Positions 38,351 to 48,963 of a stretch of 64,000 nucleotides of DNA are shown here, in pieces. The stretch is from Candidatus Algichlamydia australiensis (lineage in GTDB: Bacteria; Chlamydiota; Chlamydiia; Chlamydiales; JAJFMI01): contig JAXCHI010000002.1 of the NCBI GenBank assembly GCA_033977065.1, positions 32,001 to 96,000 of the forward strand, read 5' to 3'. Both the position numbers and the translations under genes were made by a program. The notes under the pieces are model-generated. The model was not told the origin of the DNA. It searched no databases and saw only the letters and a program-made list of their open reading frames with translations. Position 1 is the stretch's first letter. Each line of letters begins with the position of its first letter.

Positions 38351-40089
38351 CCATTATTACCATCTTACTCGCCGCACTTGGCCTTACTTTTTTAATCTTT
38401 ATCCACGAACTTGGTCACTACATTGTGGCAAAGCGCGAGGGAATGAAGGTAGAAGTATTTAGTATCGGGTTTGGGCCCGCGTTTTATCACTTTGAACGCA
38501 AAGGCGTGCGCTGGCAATTTTGCTACATCTTGATTGGGGGATACGTCAAAGTTAGCGGTATGGAGAGAGAGGGCAAGAAAGAGCCCTATGAAATCAAAGA
38601 TGGATTTTATAGCAAATCTCCCTGGGCTCGTATCAAGATGGCGGCGATGGGGCCAATTGTCAATATTGTTTTTGCACTTCTTGCCTTCACTTTTATCTGG
38701 GCAGCAGGTGGACGTTCCAAATCTTTTTCAGAGTTCACGCATCTACTTGGCTGGGTAAAGAGAGAGAGCCCTGCAGATCAAGCGGGTGTGCGAGCAGGCG
38801 ATCGCATTATCTCTTTAAATGATAAACCCTACATTGGCAGGCAAGATCTTCTCTATGCTTCCGTGATAGAGGAGCCTGATGTCACTGTAAAGGCCGATCA
38901 TATCGACTATTTTCAGGGAGCTACAGAAACTCCTTACACCACAACTTTTGCAAAAGGTGAAGAGGAGCTAAGTGTTGCCTTTATGATGGGCGCAGCTGAC
39001 CTCATTCGTTTTGAAGAGGCCAAAACGCCATCTCTTATGGGAAGTGGGATTGAAAAAGGAGATCGTATTCTCTGGATTGACAATCAGCTCGTCTTTTCTG
39101 TTGCGGAGCTTTTAAAAAATATTTCAGAAAACAAAGCACTTTTGACCATTGAAAGGCGGGGCAGCTACCTTTTAAAACGCGTTCCACGCATGCCTCTTCG
39201 CGAAGTGAAGCTTTCTAGAGGTCAACAGGGAGAGCTTGATGATTGGCAACACTCTTTAGGATTGCGCGCTGCTGTTGGTGATCTGCGATTTATTCCTTAC
39301 GCCTTGTCGAGCAGTGGCGTGGTGGAGAGCAACCTCACATTTTTAGATGATGATTTTCAAGAGGTACAAGATGAGAGCTTGCAGCCAAATGATCGCATCA
39401 TTGCAGTTGATGGAGAGATGGTCTCTTCAGGGGCCCAAATTTTAAAGCGGTTGCAGAAACGTTACGTACAGCTCATTGTTCAGCATGGACAGAGCGATGA
39501 TCCAATTCCTGTTACAAAAGCAGATGATTACTTTATTAACAGCGTAAACTGGGGGGCCATTCCTCAGATTGTCTCCACAATTGGGTTGCCATATCCGAAA
39601 AAAGAGGTAGGAGATATTGCACTTTTAAAGCCGATCGAGCTAACGACGGTTGAAGAGAGCACACGACCTGTAATGGGAGCGCTCTTTGCTGAGCAGAGAG
39701 TTCTCTATAATCCAACCCCAATTAAAATGTTTAGTGACGTATGTTCTGATACCTACCGTACGTTGGGGGCTCTTGTAACAGGCTATCTTAAACCCAAATA
39801 TCTCTCGGGACCTGTCGGGATAGTGCGTGTCATTCAGCATAGTATTCACGTCGGTTGGAAGGAGGCACTCTATTTCTTAGGTTTTATTAGCCTTAACTTG
39901 GGAATATTCAATTTGCTCCCTATCCCTGTTCTTGATGGAGGGCACATCGTTTTTTCTATCATCGAATCGATACGTAAAAAACCGATGAAAGCCAAGACTA
40001 TGGAGAGGCTCATTATTCCTTTTATTGTGCTAGTGCTTCTCTTTTTCATCTTTGTAACTTACCAAGATATTACTAGGATCTTCCAATGA
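38347..40089 (+). CDS. rseP: Site-2 intramembrane metalloprotease RseP with PDZ domains
   Basis: HELGH, FSIGFG, NLLPIPVLDGGH. Confidence 0.92.
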   Translation: MTIITILLAALGLTFLIFIHELGHYIVAKREGMKVEVFSIGFGPAFYHFERKGVRWQFCYILIGGYVKVSGMEREGKKEPYEIKDGFYSKSPWARIKMAAMGPIVNIVFALLAFTFIWAAGGRSKSFSEFTHLLGWVKRESPADQAGVRAGDRIISLNDKPYIGRQDLLYASVIEEPDVTVKADHIDYFQGATETPYTTTFAKGEEELSVAFMMGAADLIRFEEAKTPSLMGSGIEKGDRILWIDNQLVFSVAELLKNISENKALLTIERRGSYLLKRVPRMPLREVKLSRGQQGELDDWQHSLGLRAAVGDLRFIPYALSSSGVVESNLTFLDDDFQEVQDESLQPNDRIIAVDGEMVSSGAQILKRLQKRYVQLIVQHGQSDDPIPVTKADDYFINSVNWGAIPQIVSTIGLPYPKKEVGDIALLKPIELTTVEESTRPVMGALFAEQRVLYNPTPIKMFSDVCSDTYRTLGALVTGYLKPKYLSGPVGIVRVIQHSIHVGWKEALYFLGFISLNLGIFNLLPIPVLDGGHIVFSIIESIRKKPMKAKTMERLIIPFIVLVLLFFIFVTYQDITRIFQ

Positions 40090-42800
40090 AAAAATTGCTG
40101 CTGCTCCTCTTTCCTCTCATCCTGTCAGCAAGTTTACAGATAGACCGAGAAATTATTGCCGGGCAGCTTGAGAATGGGTTGACCTACTACATCAAAAGAA
40201 ACGAGCTTCCCCAAGAACGCGCCTACCTAAAGCTCTACGTTGATGTCGGCTATTTTGACGGAACAGAGGATGAAGTTGGTATAGCGCATCTGCTTGAGCA
40301 CCTCGCTTTGATTCAGACAGAGGACTACGCAGACTATGAAATTGTGAAATTTTTAAATTCTATTGGAGCCCCGCTTGGACCCGATTCGAATGCGCATACA
40401 AGTTTCTATGAAACGCAGTATAAACTTGATATTCCTCTCAAGAAGAAGGGGATTCTTGTTGAGGCGATCTCCCTGCTTAGCGGTATTGCTGGGAGAGCAA
40501 AATTTACAGAAGCTGTTTTAGAAAAAGAGAAAGAGGTTGTTCAAGTCGAACTCGGCCAAAGAAACTCGCATGAGTGGCGCTCCTTTGTGAAATTTCTGCG
40601 CTGGCAGAGCGATGATCAGCTCTGCTATGATGAATCGTCAAGATGTGTTGCTGCAGCAACAGTCGACTCTGTTCGCGATTTTTACAAGCGCTACTACAGG
40701 CCCGACAGAATGGCACTTTTTATTGTGGGGTCGGTGGAACCAGAGGAAGTAGAAGAGATTGTAAAAGAAAAATTTTCATCTCTTGAAAACAGCAAACTTC
40801 AGATTGAAAAACGAGAACCGATCGAGATAGATTCGGGTAAAAGCGAGACCTCTTATGTACATAAAGATGTTGGGAAAAATCGTTTTTCAATTGGAGGATG
40901 GGTTCCTAGTAGCCAAATGCAAGCAGAGGAAGATGTCAAACAAGATCTTTGTCTAGATCTTTTTTTAAGCCTCCTAAATGAGCGCTTCTCTCATCTAATT
41001 GCAGAAGAGGGAGCACCAATATTAAATGCGGGAGCCGATTTTGAGTTGCTGCCTCGCCAAAAAAAACACATCTTTTCTCTCGACTTTACTCCTTTTGAAA
41101 AAAGAGAAGAGGAGGCGTTTACCCAACTTGTTCCCACTTTACAAGCAGCCCTCCAGGGAGAGTTTGGTAAAGAGTCTTTTTTACGACACTGCGCTACAAA
41201 AAAAGATTATGTTGAGAGCGTTTATAAAAACCTTCACAGAAGAAAAAATCGGAGAATTGCTGACCATCTCAGTAGTTCTTTTGCGAAAGGCGAAGCGCCG
41301 ATTGACTCTGCTAGCTTCCTTCAACTAAAAAGAGAGATTTTAGAGGGACTCTCCTATGAGGAATTTCAAAAAACGATAAGAGAAGAGTTTTCCAACTTTT
41401 CTCCATGGATCTCATACTTTGGAGCAACTGAAATAGATCTTAATCCTTTAAGTGCCGTTTTGACTAAACCTTGGTCAGGTGAGAGTCTTGCAGAAATTAA
41501 ACAGAAAGAACTTTATGTCTCTCCACAAGCTGAAGGTGAGATAGCTGTTCAAAGTCTTTATTTAAGTAATGGTATGGAAGTTATCTTAAGAAAAACAGAC
41601 TTTGAAAAAGATCAGCTGCATCTTTTGGGATACGCAAAAGGGGGACAACTATCGCTGCCATCTGAATACTACAATGCATCAAAAATTGCTTTGGATTATC
41701 AAGTCGAAGCGGGGTTTGGAGGGTTGAAAAAACTTGAGTTTCGAAACTTTCTTGATCAGAAAAAAGTAGGCTGCGAGCTCTCTTTAGATAAAAATTTACG
41801 TACTTTCCAGGCAGTCTCTTTTTGCGGTCAGCATGAGGCTCTTTTTCAACTTGTGCACGCACTCTTTACAAACCACAATTCAAGCAAAAGTGCTTTTGAA
41901 AACAGGGTAGCTGCGTGGCGTGAAGTTCAAGAGCATGAGCGTAATAAACCCAACCTAATCGTGACCCAGGCGCTCCATGAGCAACTTTTTAACAAGCATC
42001 CACTCTTTGAAGAGATTGATCTGGGGCGAGTCACAAAAGAGGATTGTGAAAAAGTTTTTACACATGCATTTAGCAACCCATCAGAGTTCACCCTTATCAT
42101 TACGGGGGATTTTGATATGGAACAAATGAAGAGACATGTCAGAAACTATCTTGCAACGATCCCACTAAGAAAGCTCTTTTTCTCCTTTTCTCAAGTAGAA
42201 GAGTTATCGCACTCTTCAGCAGTAGAGAAAAAAACGCTATACGTTGGGGAAGAGGAGACCGCAACGACCTTTTTTCATATTCCTCTACCTGCTTTTACAA
42301 AGGAAGAGAGGATCCCTCCCCATTTCTTTCAGCGATTGATCTCAGACGGGCTGTTTGAAATACTGCGCCACCAATTGGGCGTGAGCTACACCCCTGTCGC
42401 AAGAATCGTAGAACCGCTTTATCCCTCGCGTAGTTGCCGCCGGCTCCTTCTTATTGTGACCACAACGCCTGAGCTTGCTAGCCAACACCTTCCTTTGATA
42501 GAAGAAGTTTTTGAGCATATGCGAGCAACACCCCCTACAGAAGAGATAGTTGAGGGGGTAAAGGAGGAGATCCGCCATAGTATAAAACGATCCCTTGAGA
42601 CATCCAATGGCTGGATTAATAGCCTTCTTCAAACGCACTTTGAAAATCGCAGTTACCAAGAAATTGGTGACATGACCTATCTAGATGAAGTGACAGCAGA
42701 GAGGGTTCATCAAGCAATTACAAAAATTTTAGACTATCAAGATGCAGCTTCACTTACATGGATGCCGGCATCCTATCAAGGTGAAGAGGAGGCAATTTAA
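40086..42800 (+). CDS. M16-family zinc peptidase (PqqL-like), secreted
   Basis: Signal peptide, LENGLTYYI, GIAHLLEHL (HxxEH), NAHTSF, FYKRYYRPDRM, second LSNGM half. Confidence 0.88.
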   Translation: MKKLLLLLFPLILSASLQIDREIIAGQLENGLTYYIKRNELPQERAYLKLYVDVGYFDGTEDEVGIAHLLEHLALIQTEDYADYEIVKFLNSIGAPLGPDSNAHTSFYETQYKLDIPLKKKGILVEAISLLSGIAGRAKFTEAVLEKEKEVVQVELGQRNSHEWRSFVKFLRWQSDDQLCYDESSRCVAAATVDSVRDFYKRYYRPDRMALFIVGSVEPEEVEEIVKEKFSSLENSKLQIEKREPIEIDSGKSETSYVHKDVGKNRFSIGGWVPSSQMQAEEDVKQDLCLDLFLSLLNERFSHLIAEEGAPILNAGADFELLPRQKKHIFSLDFTPFEKREEEAFTQLVPTLQAALQGEFGKESFLRHCATKKDYVESVYKNLHRRKNRRIADHLSSSFAKGEAPIDSASFLQLKREILEGLSYEEFQKTIREEFSNFSPWISYFGATEIDLNPLSAVLTKPWSGESLAEIKQKELYVSPQAEGEIAVQSLYLSNGMEVILRKTDFEKDQLHLLGYAKGGQLSLPSEYYNASKIALDYQVEAGFGGLKKLEFRNFLDQKKVGCELSLDKNLRTFQAVSFCGQHEALFQLVHALFTNHNSSKSAFENRVAAWREVQEHERNKPNLIVTQALHEQLFNKHPLFEEIDLGRVTKEDCEKVFTHAFSNPSEFTLIITGDFDMEQMKRHVRNYLATIPLRKLFFSFSQVEELSHSSAVEKKTLYVGEEETATTFFHIPLPAFTKEERIPPHFFQRLISDGLFEILRHQLGVSYTPVARIVEPLYPSRSCRRLLLIVTTTPELASQHLPLIEEVFEHMRATPPTEEIVEGVKEEIRHSIKRSLETSNGWINSLLQTHFENRSYQEIGDMTYLDEVTAERVHQAITKILDYQDAASLTWMPASYQGEEEAI

Positions 42801-43354
42801 TGGCTGAGCGACCTTTATGTTACTACGGCAATCCTGTGCTAAGAGAGAGGTGTAAACCGGTTGAAGAGTTTAATGAAGAAATCCGCCAAGTAATCGACGA
42901 TTTACTTGATACAATTGCCCATCTTGATACACAGCCTCGTGTGAATGCTGTTGGTTTGGCAGCACCCCAAATCGGTTACACATGGCGAATCTTCCTCACA
43001 CATGTCCCGGTAGAAGATAAGAGTGGGAAATGGCATCGAGGTGAGGTAAAAGTCTATGTAAATCCTAAAATTCTTTCTTACTCAGAAGAGGAGAAATCGT
43101 GGGATGAGGGCTGTTTTTCCATTCCAAGACTCTACGCAGAAGTGTTTCGTCCACAAGAAATAAAAATTGAAGCGATGGATCGAGATGGTAACATTTTCCA
43201 AGAGACCCTAACAGAATTTGCCGCATGCAACTTTTGTCATGAGCACGACCATATTAACGGAGTTCTCTTCATCGACCGCATCTCCAACTCAGACAAAAAA
43301 CGTCTCAAACCCCTTCTTAAAAAACTTAAGAAGAAGTACTCGTCAAATCCTTAA
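42800..43354 (+). CDS. def: Peptide deformylase
   Basis: GLAAPQIG, EGCFS, HEHDHING. Confidence 0.95.
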   Translation: MAERPLCYYGNPVLRERCKPVEEFNEEIRQVIDDLLDTIAHLDTQPRVNAVGLAAPQIGYTWRIFLTHVPVEDKSGKWHRGEVKVYVNPKILSYSEEEKSWDEGCFSIPRLYAEVFRPQEIKIEAMDRDGNIFQETLTEFAACNFCHEHDHINGVLFIDRISNSDKKRLKPLLKKLKKKYSSNP

Positions 43355-43901
43355 TTTTCTTCTCCGTAATAGAATCTAATTCTTTTTCTCTATTTGGATT
43401 TGTTGCTAAATAGCAATAAGAGAGGAAGCCTGTGATGAAGAGAGCTATGACGGCTGAGACTTTGATGAGGTTAGATGAGAAATGGGAAGAATTCTCAAAA
43501 ATAATTTTGCTTCCTACAAGGTGAATGAGTCCTTGAGTAAGCAATCCTGTATGATTTTTTCTTCTACAATCAATTTTTTGATTTATAAGCGGAGTGAGTT
43601 GTTTGCAAATTTTGCAGGTGCTCTCTTCTTTGCTAGGATAGTGCTTAGGATAGAAAAATTTAGAAGCAACTAAGGCAACAACTCCAAAACTGGCGCCTGT
43701 TATTTGTGTAGTTTGTAAGATCTTTTTTGTTTTGATTCCTGAATAAGAAGTGCATAAAAAAAGTTGCAGTCCTATGGCGCTAATACCAGCTAACGTAGTA
43801 AGAGCTGTAAACCCAGTATTCCATAATTCGTTATCTTGAGAATACTCACTAATAAGGCTATTTTCTGCCGCACCTTGATGTTCGCAACATTTCGTAGTCA
43901 T
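43326..43901 (-). CDS. Hypothetical 4-TM membrane protein with CxxC (paralog of the adjacent gene)
   Basis: Two hydrophobic hairpins flanking TCKICKQLTPL; AT-rich. Confidence 0.6.
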   Translation of the reverse strand: MTTKCCEHQGAAENSLISEYSQDNELWNTGFTALTTLAGISAIGLQLFLCTSYSGIKTKKILQTTQITGASFGVVALVASKFFYPKHYPSKEESTCKICKQLTPLINQKIDCRRKNHTGLLTQGLIHLVGSKIIFENSSHFSSNLIKVSAVIALFITGFLSYCYLATNPNREKELDSITEKKIKDLTSTSS

Positions 43902-44470
43902 TATAAGAATTTTTCATTTACAATCTTTTGGATCGCCTTATCAAGAGGAGGTTCATCGTCGTTGTTTTGGGACATAGCTGCAATAGCAATACTAGAAATG
44001 AATGTAAGCACAGGAATTAGGTTGAATTTATCTTTGAAAAAATAGGGTGATAGTGCCATGCCCGCATAAAAAACTGAGCAGAACGTAAGTGCGTCAAAGG
44101 AAAGTTCACGCGATTTTGTGATTTCGTTATTTTTTAGCGGAACAAGCTTTTTGCAAATCTCGCAAGGTACATCGTCTTTGGAAAGAAGTTTTGGTCGTGG
44201 GATTTGACGAGCGATAAGTGCTAAACCAAACGTTACACTACCTGCGAGTAAAGTATACTTATGTGCTGTTTGTGTTTTACTTCCAGCATAGGAAGTTATT
44301 TGCGGAAGTGTACCCAGAATAAAAGCTGTAATCGAAGTCATTAGAGCGAGCATACTAGTTGCATTCCACATAAACTCAGGATAGTCACTTTTATGAATTT
44401 CTATTTCTAGCTGAGAAAAAAGTTCATTGCTATCTGTAAAATTATTGTGTTTGCATGAAACTGATGCCAT
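43901..44470 (-). CDS. Hypothetical 4-TM membrane protein with CxxC (paralog of the adjacent gene)
   Basis: Two hydrophobic hairpins flanking PCEICKKLVPL; AT-rich. Confidence 0.6.
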   Translation of the reverse strand: MASVSCKHNNFTDSNELFSQLEIEIHKSDYPEFMWNATSMLALMTSITAFILGTLPQITSYAGSKTQTAHKYTLLAGSVTFGLALIARQIPRPKLLSKDDVPCEICKKLVPLKNNEITKSRELSFDALTFCSVFYAGMALSPYFFKDKFNLIPVLTFISSIAIAAMSQNNDDEPPLDKAIQKIVNEKFL

Positions 44471-44523
44471 AGATCGTGCCCTTAATAATTTTCATTTGGC
44501 TGAATTATAAATGAAATCTTAAT

Positions 44524-44554
44524 AAAAGAAAAGCCCCGCGAATAGCGAGGCTTT
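44524..44554 (-). terminator. Rho-independent terminator of dnaK
   Basis: aaagccccgc/gcgaggcttt stem with a minus-strand T-tract. Confidence 0.7.
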
Positions 44555-44576
44555 AGAAGAAGGGTTAAATTAAAAT

Positions 44577-46493
44577 TTAACTTTTGTCTTCCTCGTCAAG
44601 GACTTCAACTTCTGCATCCTCAATATCGGGTTTTTCTTGTGCAGCGCCTGCTTGTGGGCCGGGTTGAGGACCGGGTTGTGGTCCAGGCTGGCCGCCTGCT
44701 TGCTGCATCGCTTCCCCAATTTTTTGAATCGCAGTATTGAGCGCTTCGATCTCCGTACGGATGATGGCAACATCTCCACCCTCTTTTGCCTTTTTCAGGG
44801 CATCAATGCGGGTTTGGATTTCGCCCTGCACGTTTTCAGGAAGTTTATCCTTGTAATCCGTAAGCGCTTTTTCTGATCGGAAGATCAGGGCATCTGCTTC
44901 GTTGAGGGTGTCTACGCTCTCTTTGCGTTTTTTGTCCTCTTCCGCGTTCTCCTCTGCTTCTTTGATCTTCGCATTAATCTCATCTTCTGTGAGTCCTGAC
45001 TTGGCTTGGATTTTAATTTTCTGTTCTTTACCAGAGCCGAGATCTTTTGCGGAGACGTTTAGGATCCCGTCAGAGTCGACGTCAAAGGCGACTTCAATCT
45101 GAGGCGTACCGCGTGGAGCGGGAGGGATCTCAGTGAGGTCAAAGCGGCCGATCTCTTTGTTATCTTTGGCCATGGAGCGCTCTCCTTGGAGAACGACGAT
45201 GGTCACAGCAGGCTGGTTATCAGCTGCTGTTGAGAAGATCTGCTTTTTCTGTGTTGGGATAGTGGTGTTGCGCTCGACAAGCGGGGTCATCACACCACCC
45301 ATTGTTTCAATTCCGAGAGTTAGCGGAATCACATCAAGAAGAAGAACGTCTTTTACATCCCCTGCAAGAACTCCACCTTGAATTGCAGCACCAAGAGCTA
45401 CAACCTCATCAGGGTTTACTCCTTTGTGAGGTTCACGACCGAAAGCTTCTTGTACTTTTTGCTGTACAAGTGGCATGCGGCTCATTCCACCAACAAGAAT
45501 CACTTCTTGTATTTGGTCTTTAGATAGGCCAGCATCTTTTAGCGCTTGTAAACATGGTGTAATTGTGCGTTCAACAAGATTTGCTGTTAAGCTTTCAAAT
45601 TTTGCTCTTGAAAGGGTCAGTGCCAAGTGTTTTGGTCCACTTGCATCCATAGTAATAAAGGGTTGGTTGATCTCTGTAGAGTTTGTTCCTGAGAGTTCAA
45701 TTTTCGCCTTTTCAGCAGCATCTTTAAGGCGCTGCAGAGCCATTTTATCTTGAGCGAGGTCGATACCTGTTTCTGATTTGAATTCGCTAAGCATCCACTC
45801 GATCACAGCATTATCAAAGTCGTCTCCACCAAGGTGTGTATCACCGTTTGTGGCAAGTACTTCAAAAACACCTTCGCCAACTTCTAAGATAGAGATATCA
45901 AATGTTCCTCCACCAAGATCGTATACAGCGATTTTTTTATCGCCGCCCTTCTTATCAAGGCCGTAAGCAAGCGCAGCTGCTGTCGGTTCAGGGATAATGC
46001 GTTTGACATCAAGACCTGCAATGCGGCCGGCGTCTTTTGTTGATTGGCGTTGTGAGTCGTTAAAGTAGGCGGGCACAGTAATCACAGCTTCTGTTACCTC
46101 TTCACCGAGATAGCTCTCCGCAGTCTCTTTCATCTTTGTAAGAACTTGCGCAGCAACTTCTTCAGGGGATAGAGTTTTGCCATCCACTTCAAAAGCGGCC
46201 TTACCGCCAGTGCCTTCCACAACTTTGTAAGGAACTTTTTCACTTTTCACTTCTGAAAAGTTACAGCCAATAAAGCGTTTTGTTGAATAGAGTGTCTTGT
46301 CTGGGTTTGTAACAGCTTGACGTTTTGCAGGAACACCTACTAGACGCTCATCGCCTTTGTAACCAACGATCGAAGGGGTTGTGCGTGTACCTTCAGCATT
46401 GGCAATCACTTTTGCCTCAGAGCCCTCCATAATTGCTACGCAGGAGTTGGTGGTTCCAAGATCAATTCCGATGATTCTTTTTTTCTTACTCAT
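44577..46493 (-). CDS. dnaK: Chaperone DnaK (Hsp70)
   Basis: [35 protein letters not shown]-terminal QPGP repeats. Confidence 0.98.
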   Translation of the reverse strand: MSKKKRIIGIDLGTTNSCVAIMEGSEAKVIANAEGTRTTPSIVGYKGDERLVGVPAKRQAVTNPDKTLYSTKRFIGCNFSEVKSEKVPYKVVEGTGGKAAFEVDGKTLSPEEVAAQVLTKMKETAESYLGEEVTEAVITVPAYFNDSQRQSTKDAGRIAGLDVKRIIPEPTAAALAYGLDKKGGDKKIAVYDLGGGTFDISILEVGEGVFEVLATNGDTHLGGDDFDNAVIEWMLSEFKSETGIDLAQDKMALQRLKDAAEKAKIELSGTNSTEINQPFITMDASGPKHLALTLSRAKFESLTANLVERTITPCLQALKDAGLSKDQIQEVILVGGMSRMPLVQQKVQEAFGREPHKGVNPDEVVALGAAIQGGVLAGDVKDVLLLDVIPLTLGIETMGGVMTPLVERNTTIPTQKKQIFSTAADNQPAVTIVVLQGERSMAKDNKEIGRFDLTEIPPAPRGTPQIEVAFDVDSDGILNVSAKDLGSGKEQKIKIQAKSGLTEDEINAKIKEAEENAEEDKKRKESVDTLNEADALIFRSEKALTDYKDKLPENVQGEIQTRIDALKKAKEGGDVAIIRTEIEALNTAIQKIGEAMQQAGGQPGPQPGPQPGPQAGAAQEKPDIEDAEVEVLDEEDKS

Positions 46494-47040
46494 CTTCTTT
46501 TTCTCCAATTTTAATTTTTGTAACTTTTACTTTCGCGGGGCGTAAGATACGCTCTTTACTTTTGTAGCCGCGAATGAACTCTTCTACGATCATGTTCTCT
46601 TCACCCTCTTCAATCTCTTCAATCTCCACAGCTTCGTGCAGTGTGGGGTCAAAGCGCTCTCCAACGGAGTTAAAGGGAACAATCCCGTTATTTGCTAGGC
46701 CTTCCTGGAGCTGGGAGAGAATCATCTCAAATCCCATCGACCAGTTGCGGACTTCTTCACTCATCTGCTCTTTAAAGCCGAGAGCCTTTTCAAAATTATC
46801 GAGAGGAAGAAGAAGATCGCCTAAAATATTGTCGATCGCGTATTGCATGGAGTCGACTTTCTCTTTCTGCATCCGCTTCTTCGCATTCTCTGTCTCAGCT
46901 AAAGCACCTAAATATTTGTTTTGGTATTCTTTGATCTGCGCTTCAAGATCCTCCATCGTCGGCTCTTTCAGCTCTTCAACTGTCGGTTCTTCAATTTTTT
47001 CTTCTTCTGGTACTTCTTTGTCACTCATCGTTTGGCTCAT
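46486..47040 (-). CDS. grpE: Nucleotide exchange factor GrpE
   Basis: [34 protein letters not shown]. Confidence 0.95.
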   Translation of the reverse strand: MSQTMSDKEVPEEEKIEEPTVEELKEPTMEDLEAQIKEYQNKYLGALAETENAKKRMQKEKVDSMQYAIDNILGDLLLPLDNFEKALGFKEQMSEEVRNWSMGFEMILSQLQEGLANNGIVPFNSVGERFDPTLHEAVEIEEIEEGEENMIVEEFIRGYKSKERILRPAKVKVTKIKIGEKEDE

Positions 47041-48151
47041 CTATTTCAGTTAATTTGGTTTCTGGGAGCAGCGGACTCTCCTTAAAAGGAAGATCAAGAC
47101 GCGGCTCGCGGTACGTAATTTGGTATTTATTCATGCTTTTCATCAGAGATTGTCCCATCTCCTTTGCAATCTCTTTTAAGAGCGCAAACACTTTGCTGTA
47201 CTCCATGCGCGCGGGACCAAGTAAGCAAATCACGCCCAAGGAGCGCTGCCCAATAGAGTAGGGGATTGTGATAACGGAGCAGTGCTCAGTAGCAAGGTCT
47301 TTCTTGAGCTCATCACCAATCCAGTAGCATAGCGAATGGTCTTCTACAGCCCGATGTAAGAAGCGATTTAAGAGGTGGGGATTTTCAAAAAGTGAGAGTG
47401 AGCCAGCTAGAGCAGTCGCTTCTAATAACTCGGGATGGTAGAGCATTTTAGAAAAACCGCACTTGTAAATTTCGGAATGTGTGAAGTTAGCGTAGTTGAC
47501 AATGTGGCGCAGAATGAGCTCGCTGTACAATTTTTCCGCTAGCTCCTCTTCGCCCTCTTCAAGATCCGGTTTTGGTAGATTTTTGATGCGGTGGGTAAAA
47601 TAGGTTTCAAGTCGTCTTAAAGAGAAGCTATTGATCTTTCCGGGAGTGTGGAGAACTTCGGTGCGAATCAAGCCAAATGTGGTAATTAGGACCGCTAAGA
47701 GGCGGTTTTCGCCCACAGAGACAAGTTTTACCTCGCCAATTGCGTCTTGATCAAATCGTGGCCCAGTGACAAGAGTCGCACACCCTGTCATCTCCGTGAT
47801 TGTTTCAGCTGCCTTCTGTAAATAGTGGGCTACCTCTTTGGTCTCTTGGCCAAGCTGGCTCTTAATAAGGAGGCGCTCCTCCTTCTTCAAATGGCTGCTG
47901 TTTTCTACCTCTTTGGCATAGAGTTTAAGGGCTTTGGATGTGGGAATACGGCCACCAGAGGTGTGAAGCTGCTTGAGTAGCTCCGCTTGCTCTAATTTAG
48001 AGTAGTAGTTGCGAATCGTAGCGGAACTCATATTTTTCAAACCGCTCTCTTTAAGTGTGTTAGAGCCAACTGGTTCCCCAGTTTTAAGGTAGAGTTCAAT
48101 CAGACTCATAAGCACCGCGTGCTCTTTTTGCTCAGATTTTCTACTTTTCAT
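47021..48151 (-). CDS. hrcA: Heat-inducible transcription repressor HrcA
   Basis: YLKTGEPVGS, SSATIRNY, HTSGGRIPT, LGPARMEY. Confidence 0.95.
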   Translation of the reverse strand: MKSRKSEQKEHAVLMSLIELYLKTGEPVGSNTLKESGLKNMSSATIRNYYSKLEQAELLKQLHTSGGRIPTSKALKLYAKEVENSSHLKKEERLLIKSQLGQETKEVAHYLQKAAETITEMTGCATLVTGPRFDQDAIGEVKLVSVGENRLLAVLITTFGLIRTEVLHTPGKINSFSLRRLETYFTHRIKNLPKPDLEEGEEELAEKLYSELILRHIVNYANFTHSEIYKCGFSKMLYHPELLEATALAGSLSLFENPHLLNRFLHRAVEDHSLCYWIGDELKKDLATEHCSVITIPYSIGQRSLGVICLLGPARMEYSKVFALLKEIAKEMGQSLMKSMNKYQITYREPRLDLPFKESPLLPETKLTEIDEPNDE

Positions 48152-48178
48152 TTAGCAATCACAACCCTCTTCTGCTAG
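48152..48178. promoter_or_regulatory. CIRCE-like operator 1
   Basis: ttagcaatc-N9-ttctgctag, abutting the hrcA start. Confidence 0.6.
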
Positions 48179-48214
48179 AATTTTATCACAGCTTGTTTCC
48201 TTTGGCAAGGTTTT

Positions 48215-48241
48215 TTAGCACTCAAAGATTTAGATCGCCAA
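48215..48241. promoter_or_regulatory. CIRCE operator 2
   Basis: ttagcactc-N9-gatcgccaa vs consensus TTAGCACTC-N9-GAGTGCTAA. Confidence 0.75.
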
Positions 48242-48348
48242 AAACGCAACTTAAACTCTTGTTTATCAATAAATTAATTAAAAATGCTTTTTAAATCCTC
48301 AAATTTGCTACATTGCTTAATTGTGCAAAAAAATTGAGGAGAGAAAAA

Positions 48349-48963
48349 ATGAGCATGATTAAAAAAACAGTTTTTAGCTTGATGCTTTTGTCTAGTATGA
48401 GGGTTTTTCCAACGGATGTAGAAAAAGTCTCTAAGATCAGTGACTCTTTAACGCTACTTTTGGGAAAAGAGGAAATTAACGAGGCAATTGAGAAGTTTGC
48501 AGCGGAGTTTAATCAAGATCAAACCCCACTCACAGTGATCTGTATCTTAAAGGGTGGTTTTGTATTTACAGCGGATGTGGTGCGGGCATTTACAATGCCA
48601 ACAAACGTACAATTTATTCGCTGCTCAAGCTATGGCACACGCGGAACAACCCCTGGCGCTTTAACGATTAACGGGCTTGAGAAACTGTCACTTGAGGGAG
48701 CAAATGTTCTTCTTATTGATGAAATTTTGGATTCAGGGCAGACTTTGCATGATGTCTATCACAAAATTTTAGAAATGAACCCAGCAAAATTGCAAACACT
48801 TGTTTTGCTTACAAAGAAGGTAGAGAATCAAAAATTTTCTGCTGACTATTCACTCTTTGATGTGGAAGACAACTTTGTTGTGGGCTATGGCATTGATTAC
48901 AAAGAGTGGTTCCGCAACCTGCCTGACATCTACATCAGTCGTGATCCAAAGCTGCTTGATTAG
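48349..48963 (+). CDS. hpt: Hypoxanthine phosphoribosyltransferase with an N-terminal signal-like extension
   Basis: ILKGGFVFTAD, SSYG, VLLIDEILDSGQTL, FVVGYGIDY..FRNLP. Confidence 0.88.
   Translation: MSMIKKTVFSLMLLSSMRVFPTDVEKVSKISDSLTLLLGKEEINEAIEKFAAEFNQDQTPLTVICILKGGFVFTADVVRAFTMPTNVQFIRCSSYGTRGTTPGALTINGLEKLSLEGANVLLIDEILDSGQTLHDVYHKILEMNPAKLQTLVLLTKKVENQKFSADYSLFDVEDNFVVGYGIDYKEWFRNLPDIYISRDPKLLD

Noticed and set aside
44650..44692. 12-bp repeats encoding QPGP in the DnaK tail
   Set aside because: Low-complexity DnaK C-termini are common
46574..47053. Long antisense ORFs opposite grpE, dnaK, zntA, lepA and dxr
   Set aside because: Shadow frames of conserved genes with no independent coding signal
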